Of a DNA stretch of 30,586 nucleotides, positions 24,362 through 30,586 are shown one piece after another. Below the pieces are notes generated by a model, which saw only the letters and a program-made list of their open reading frames with translations, ran no database searches and was not told where the DNA came from. Source of the stretch: Proteromonas lacertae (Eukaryota). The translations under genes were made by a program, and so were the position numbers. Numbering within the stretch: position 1 is the stretch's first letter; every line of letters starts with the position of its first letter. The DNA is taken from contig NGBS01000897.1 in the NCBI GenBank assembly GCA_002245135.1, forward strand, positions 62,001-92,586, given 5' to 3'.

Positions 24362-25407
24362 AACTGAGTTCGGCGGGGACAGGGACAAAAAGGACATGTC
24401 CGGGACATGTCCGGGACAAGAGTATGATAAAGGACAGTAATTTGTCCCTTTTGTAAACATTTGATATTACCTTTTTGTTATATAAAAAATTATGCGATTT
24501 TTTATTTATTAAAACATTTATTAGTAAGAATAAAGATAATTAATAATAACATTGATAATCTGGACTACCTTCTTCACTTTGCTCATCATCTTCTTTACTT
24601 ATTACTTCCACATTAGTAATTTCTCTATTATCATCTTCATCACTTCCTACATTTTGTTCTTATTCTCTCTTATTTCTCTCAACTAATTCATACTTTAATC
24701 TCATAATGTTATTAATAGTATCTAAGTTTAATCTATTTCTACTTTATGAATGTATTACTCTTTCGATGGAGATAATTAAGCATGGTGTTGATAAAATGTC
24801 ATAGATTTTCTTTAAATTTCTAAAGTATATCTCATATGTTGTAAAGCATATATCGATTGAAATACTTTCGCGAAAAATGGAAGAAGGTAAATAATATATG
24901 ATATTAAAAATGCAAGAACTCGAGTTAATCAAACATTGTTTTTTCTACATTTTATTTGTATTTAATCCAGGCATATTTTATAGTACAAATTAGTGCAATG
25001 ATAAGCATGTATCATGTGAAGTTCTGTTATGTGATAAGTGTTTGTAAATGGGGATATTCTTCAATAAACTATACAGAGTTATCTAAGTGGTATAAGTGGG
25101 TTAAATATTATTCATAGATATAGCAAATATGGCTTAAATGGATTTTCAAAAGATATTATTTAGGATATACAAAAATGACTTGAGCATAGTATGTAATACT
25201 TAATATTAAGCTTATTTAATGATATTGCAGAATATTTTTATTAAAAAAACAGAAACTTAAACTCAAAAATATAGGACAAAAAAGGACGTGTTAAACTACA
25301 CATCCCAGGACAAAGAGGACATGTGTAATCAACGAGAAGTTTTCGTGTATGAAAAGGACAAGGGACGGGACAAAACACAAAAGGACGTCCTGTTGCCGAA
25401 CTCAGTT
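24362..25407 (-). mobile_element. Non-autonomous hAT-like element (family B) with 13-bp TIRs and GGAC arrays
   Basis: AACTGAGTTCGGC (24362-24374) / GCCGAACTCAGTT (25395-25407). Many GGAC(A) motifs at both ends, including palindromes GGACATGTCC x2 and GGACGTCC. Transposase tail SIERVIH..RLNLDTINNIMRLKYEL at ~24670-24770. No TSD seen. Confidence 0.75.
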
Positions 25408-25558
25408 GTATTTATCGGTTACCGACGGAGATAGGTCAAAACCTATAGGTTTTGCCTTGACCGTCGGTCGGTCAAGCCTTACAAGCCGTATATTATAAAA
25501 TCTATTTTAATTCATTATATACTAATTTTCCTTTCATAAAAACAATCTTATAATATAT
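25405..25558. mobile_element. Second, truncated copy of the family A hAT end
   Basis: GTTGTATTTATCGGTT..TTTTGCCTTGACCGTCGGTCGGTCAAGC..TAATATAT matches 23075-23197 with a ~30-nt extra segment. Similarity stops at 25558. Confidence 0.85.
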
Positions 25559-25817
25559 GTATAACCGTAAGAATATCACTGTAGGTGGGTAACCCGTACC
25601 AGACTATTCTTAGGTGCCTTCTACAGGTAAGAATCAGCGATTTGAGTGTAAATTAGTTTTTGGTACGGGTTATACTGGAGGAAGTGGTGAGTTTAAATTT
25701 CTTTATATATTTTAGTGTATGAGTTATTTTATGGGTTAAAATTTTTTCTTTTGTTTTTTGTATATAATTTCATTTAACTTTTTCTTATTGTTATTTATCA
25801 ATCATAATTTCTAAAAA

Positions 25818-26174
25818 ATGTCAAGAATTTGGATCGAGAAAGTTAATATAGAAGATAGAAATAAGCGTGAAGATGAAGACTTTGAAAGAATCTATGCAAT
25901 CATTGAAAGTGAAGTAGCTAGAATAGTAGATCAACCATCACCACCACCATCACCTCCAGTAGTAATGTGGTATACTTCTGATACAGCTGATGAGGATGAC
26001 AAAAAATATGAAGAATGGCGTGCAATTCATAAACCAACCAGAGTAGCACAAGCAACCATACGTCCTAGAAAATGGATTGATCCTGAAGAAGAGCGCAGAA
26101 AAACAAAGATGTTAAAGCGTTATGGTATAGATGAAAAAAACATCATTGAAGAAAGACTAAGATTTCATAACTAA
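25818..26174 (+). CDS. Hypothetical 118-aa charged protein
   Basis: Intact intronless ORF with AAAAATG start context. Confidence 0.6.
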   Translation: MSRIWIEKVNIEDRNKREDEDFERIYAIIESEVARIVDQPSPPPSPPVVMWYTSDTADEDDKKYEEWRAIHKPTRVAQATIRPRKWIDPEEERRKTKMLKRYGIDEKNIIEERLRFHN

Positions 26175-26301
26175 TTCTTAAATCATTGGTTTTAATTGAA
26201 TTTTGTTATTTGATTGGCTGAATTGAAATAAACATAATATTACATAATTCTTTTCATTCATAAATTTCTTGCGATTTTTGAAATAATCTACATAAATTAA
26301 A

Positions 26302-26886
26302 ATGAGTGATATACAAAACGAATTGGATGCTAATATTGAAAAACACTTACAAGAAGGTGAAATGTATGAGAATGATATGTCTGAAGTAAAATCATTAATC
26401 ATTAAAGTATTCAAGGATATGTTGGATGGTATGTATTCTGTGATTGAAGAGTATGAAGATGATCCAGAATGGAGTGAACAACCAGGTGATGATGTTGATA
26501 TAACAATGGAAGAAGAAGAAGTGAAGGAAGAAAAACAAAGTGAATCTAAATCTAAAAAAAGAAAGGATATAACAAAGTCAGATTCAGATTCACAAGTATG
26601 TAGTACTTGTGGTAAGAAGAAAGCTAATGATGAATTTGGTTATAAGAGTGAAGGTGTATTCTATAAATCTTGTACAGAGTGTAGAAATAAGAAGAAGAGA
26701 AGATATGAAGAAGTAAAGAAAGGAAGTGATAATAGTGGAGAAGATAAGAAGCGTAAAGTAGAGAATAGTTCCACTGCCGAGGGTCGACCAAAGGTAGATA
26801 TTGCTAAAGTAGAAACATCTACAAGTTCTATCCCGGGGGTAGCTACAGTAGATCTAACTACATCACCTACTTGTATAATTAATTAA
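26302..26886 (+). CDS. Acidic protein with C4 zinc ribbon
   Basis: CSTCGKKKANDEF..FYKSCTECRNKKKRR; acidic N-terminal half; basic NLS-like runs. Confidence 0.7.
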   Translation: MSDIQNELDANIEKHLQEGEMYENDMSEVKSLIIKVFKDMLDGMYSVIEEYEDDPEWSEQPGDDVDITMEEEEVKEEKQSESKSKKRKDITKSDSDSQVCSTCGKKKANDEFGYKSEGVFYKSCTECRNKKKRRYEEVKKGSDNSGEDKKRKVENSSTAEGRPKVDIAKVETSTSSIPGVATVDLTTSPTCIIN

Positions 26887-26951
26887 CTTTTGGTTTAAAA
26901 ATTCATTTTTATATTTCTATGCGTTTTTATATATAAATAATTTCACATAAT

Positions 26952-27335
26952 ATGCCATATAATACATCTATAGTTATGTTAGGTGATATGAAAGATACTT
27001 TAAATGGTTTGAAACAAGAACTGTATATTTTATTAGGTTGTGTAGTTCTATGGGTTCTTTATAAATGCAAGAGAATATGTGCATGGTGTTATCATAAAGC
27101 CTGTCCTCCAGAATTAAGTGAAATATTAGCTGAGCCAGAACCTGCTGTTCAATTAGCATTAAGAAAATCTACTATTGTTTCTGCTATTCCATTTACTTTA
27201 ACACCTGAAAATAGCAGAATAAATTCTAGAAATGCTAGTGATAATGAAGATGAAGAGCAATTAGAAACAGAAATAGAAATTATTCCTATTAATAAACCTG
27301 AAATTGAAATTCAAAAACCAATCATAAATAGTTAA
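26952..27335 (+). CDS. Small putative single-pass membrane protein
   Basis: Hydrophobic LYILLGCVVLWVLY followed by Cys/basic KCKRICAWC. Confidence 0.55.
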   Translation: MPYNTSIVMLGDMKDTLNGLKQELYILLGCVVLWVLYKCKRICAWCYHKACPPELSEILAEPEPAVQLALRKSTIVSAIPFTLTPENSRINSRNASDNEDEEQLETEIEIIPINKPEIEIQKPIINS

Positions 27336-27517
27336 TTTTATATATAGTCTTTTATCGTATATGATTTTGAAAGCTATTTTTTGTACCCCCTTAAAAAATT
27401 ACATAAAGAAAAACCGTTTTTTTTTCATTCAGACTTTTCTTACTCATTTTCAGTATTTTATTTTTTTCATTTTTTTTACTTTAATAGAAAATTAATTATT
27501 CAATCATTCAATCAAAA

Positions 27518-28665
27518 ATGCCAGCAGACAGAGTCAAACAACCAACCAATTCAGAATTATGCTCCCTCCCATTAAAGGGACAGGCTTATGAGTTCTATCA
27601 GAAAGTGAGTCGTAACATCCAGCATTTAAAGACATTTTGCGATGAAATGTATATTCAAAGTTTGGCTTATGATGACATCAAAAAATCAAAGAAGAAGCAA
27701 AGTCCACCACAATTCAACTATATCGAATTAGAGAAGTCAGCTACAGCAGTTTATTATTGCTTTTCATGTAAGTTTGATAATCAGAAGTTAATTCCCATCA
27801 AACATCTAGAGACATTAGATCAAAATGAGTATATGAATTATACTTTAGTGACGATGAGATGAAGAGTATTGCAAAACCAAATGTAAAAACGATTAAACCT
27901 TTTATTCAACCTCAGTTAAAACAACAACCACAACAAGAACCACCACCACCAACTGTACCTCAAAAACCTAAAAGAGTTTATAAAAGAAGAACTGATACTG
28001 TAAAGAAACCTAAAACAAAAGCAATTATTGATAGTGATGATGAATTAATTCATTTAAAGAAAAGAAAGATTGTTAAGGATTCTGATTTTGTTGATGAACC
28101 AATGGGTATAATTGTGAAAGATACTGAATCAAGAACATCTGCTGATGATTTATTAAGTAGCCAAAGTCCAACCTTTACACCTCCAATGTCACCAAGGTCT
28201 GATACTACACTTCTTGATGTTACTGATATTGATATTCTGGATGCTGAATTGAAATATTTTAATGCTGAAATAACTAAAAAAGATGAAGAAAAACAAAAAG
28301 AGATAGAAGAGAAAATTAAACATCAAGATGCAGAGAAAAAGAAACAAGAAGATGAAGAAAAAAAGAAAAAACAACAAGAAGAAGAAAGAGTTAGAAAAGT
28401 ACAAGAAGAAGCAGAGAGAAAAAGAAAACAAGAAGAAGCAGAAAAGAAAAGAAAAGAAGAATTAGTTGTTATTAGAATGCTTCAAGAAGAAGAGAATATG
28501 AGACAACAAGAAGAGTTAAGAAAGAAATGGGTATTAGAACAAAAGAGACAAATGGAAGAAAAGATGAAAAAAGAAAACGATGAATTAGAAAAGAAAATGG
28601 AAGAAGAGTTTAAGAAGAGAATTGAAGAAGAGAAAGAAAGAAAGCTGAAGAGTTTGAGAAGATGA
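27518..28665 (+). CDS. ~380-aa protein with Pro/Gln linker and E/K/R-rich helical C-terminus (one gene, 1-nt frameshift)
   Basis: Adding one T at 27844-27846 fuses ORFs 27518 and 27859 through YTFSDDEMKSIAK. Confidence 0.6.
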
Positions 28666-28816
28666 TGAAGAACTTATAAGTATTAATATATACTTTAAAT
28701 TTGTCTGGTTTATGCTTTAATCCATATACTTGAAAAAGCACTTTGAATTCATTACTTTGATGAAAATTGGTGTTAGTTTAATATGTAAAAAATAACATAA
28801 ATAAAAACATAAAAAA

Positions 28817-29978
28817 TTATACGAAATCATTAAATAGCGAATTTTTCTTATATACTCTACCATATCTACTTTTTCTGCCTTCTGGCACTGGTTGAATATC
28901 TGGTTCTATAGGTTGTGCTTCATTATTTATACTATGAATTTGTCTTAATCTAAACTTACCATTTGTTGTAATACTATTAACTGGCACTCTTTTAATTTCA
29001 TGTGATTTGAATCTATATGAACCTATATCTCTAGGATTGAATTCTTTAGGTATTGTTCCATCCAAGTTCTTAACAGAATATGAAAATGGTCCAACTTTGT
29101 GTATTTGGTATACTTTATCAGTATAATATGTAGTTTTTTGAAGTTTGTTATCTCTACGTTCTTTTATTCTGACAAAATCATTTGGTTTGAAATGAATATC
29201 ACTTTTACGCTTCTTTAAGTTTCTATCATGCGATTCTTTATACAATCTATCTTGGACTTCAAAATCATTGAATACTTCATTTGGAGTTAGATTATTGAGT
29301 GCAGAATGTGGTTTTGCATTGTAATCATCTACAACAGTATATACTATATTACACAATGATTCAATATTGTTAATTTTATCAAATTCTTCATCAGAAAATG
29401 TATTAATTTTTCTATAAAACATATCTTTAATAGTTCTTACACATCGATCCAATATTTTCATTATATTATGTTCATTACGTTCTTTAAGTATAAATCGTAT
29501 ATGATTTTTATTAAACAAATCTAAAAATTTCTTACCATAGATAATGCCATACTCTTCATCTGACAATATACTCCCTACAAAACGAGCGTTTTCATCCTTA
29601 GGTTGCATACCCCTGATAAAACCATTTTTCAAACACTGGATACACATCATTTTCTGATTTAGATTTAACATAATATATCCAACACTTACGACTAACAACT
29701 TCTATAATTAACAAAAATGGAACTTTTGTATTGTTGAAAAACACCAAATCTATTTGATATGACCCAGGTAACTTTTCAATTTCATATTTAATTCTATTCC
29801 TTTTAGTTGCAGTGATTTGATAATCTGGTTTAGACTCTACAAGATCACTACTAGCTTTTTTAATGTCAGATTTTTTAAAGTTATTCTCAAGTTCATTTAC
29901 AGAGAAATTAATAAAGTCTCGTTTGTTTAAATAACCATATGTTTTGTATAACTCATTTATTTTATCTTGTAGTGATAT
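28817..29978 (-). pseudogene. Retroviral-type (rve) integrase of Polinton/Maverick c-integrase type, frameshifted
   Basis: Frame 29978-29614 gives PGSYQIDLVF..PFLLIIEVVSRKCW..KSK. Removing one base of CCCC 29610-29613 continues into SILSDEE..ILDRCVRTIKDM..YNAKPHSALNNLTP..FKPNDFVRI. The expected start reads ATA at 29978. Confidence 0.85.
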
Positions 29979-30075
29979 TCAAAACAATATATATAAAAAT
30001 ATGAATGATATATATTTAAAGAATTAATGAATTAAAATATAATTAAATCATTCTTCTACCTCTCCCAAATCCTTA

Positions 30076-30586
30076 TCACTTAAAAGCGTTACCACCAATA
30101 CCAAAGTTAATAACTTTAGCAGCACTAATAAAACCATTACTAATTACTTTCTTAGCAGGGAATGGTCTACGAGTACTAATTAAATCACTATCTTCTATCT
30201 TAGTTCTCTTAATTCTGGGAGGTGAAACAAATTTGTTTTGATTAGCTTGTTCTTTCTTAATTTTCTTCTCATTACTTCTTCTAATAGTTGTAGCTAAATC
30301 AGGATTTTCATTATACCAACAATATCACTACATACTCTATGATTAACAAAGTTTTGAGTACCATTACTCTTAATAGAGATTTGATTATCACAACACTTAC
30401 AGCAATTTTACTACCAACATCAACATCAGATGGAACTCTATAGTTACTATTATCCCATATCATAATAGAATTGAAATTGTGGAAGTATTTGATACCATGT
30501 TGTGGTTCTCTACATCCTACGCTAATCAAATATCCACGAATGATTTTTTCTATAAAGTCATTCTCGTTTCTATCATAAATTTGTTT
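30076..30586 (-). pseudogene. 3' part of an unknown gene with a probable TRASH/MYM-like zinc finger, two frameshifts
   Basis: Restoring one base at ~30407 and one at ~30323 gives CCKCCDNQISIKSNGTQNFVNHRVCSDxCWY and a basic tail ending GIGGNAFK*. Confidence 0.4.

Larger units (their letters stand above)
25558..30586. mobile_element. Left part of a Polinton/Maverick-like (integrase-encoding, virus-like) element; continues beyond window
   Basis: Abrupt junction inside a hAT copy, starting TGTATAACCGTA. GC-richer terminal region with inverted repeats. Tightly packed intronless ORFs and a Polinton-type integrase. No capsid, packaging ATPase or polymerase gene visible within the block. Confidence 0.55.

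Noticed and set aside
24375..24450. GGACATGTCC repeats as a CRISPR array or satellite
   Set aside because: Short irregular motifs next to a TIR with no repeat-spacer periodicity; they fit transposon subterminal sites.
5106..28431. Minus-strand ORFs antisense to long genes (5106, 6255, 8506, 8640, 15399, 18669, 19137, 19575, 21419, 21722, 26178, 26974, 28189)
   Set aside because: Hydrophobic shadow translations of the K/E/N/Q-rich plus-strand genes, with no independent motifs.

Overview
AT-rich microbial-eukaryote DNA, standard genetic code, with tiny 29-42 nt GTA..AG introns (Blastocystis/Proteromonas-like in style; host not provable from this window). Once introns and single-base frameshifts are resolved, the ORF track collapses into a cluster of Crinkler/RHS-type (CR) P-loop NTPase + PD-(D/E)XK-like nuclease genes. 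Two carry tandem double modules in opposite order: 5065-8916 (A then B, SPRY-like header) and a ~2,100-codon gene at 16335-22761 (B, Q/L repeat rod, A) bracketed by a ~265-bp direct repeat of neighbouring gene ends. Two further partial copies lie at 1-1164 and 1744-2950. Between them are internally deleted hAT transposons, TG..CA-ended MITEs (one complete, 5-bp TSD) nested in hAT transposase remnants, and deleted gene fragments (DDB1-like, CaMKK-like kinase, MCM5-like, Polinton-type DNA polymerase B). From ~25558 to the window end lies an intronless Polinton/Maverick-like block with a DD36D retroviral-type integrase. All family calls are from motif recognition by eye; no searches were run.
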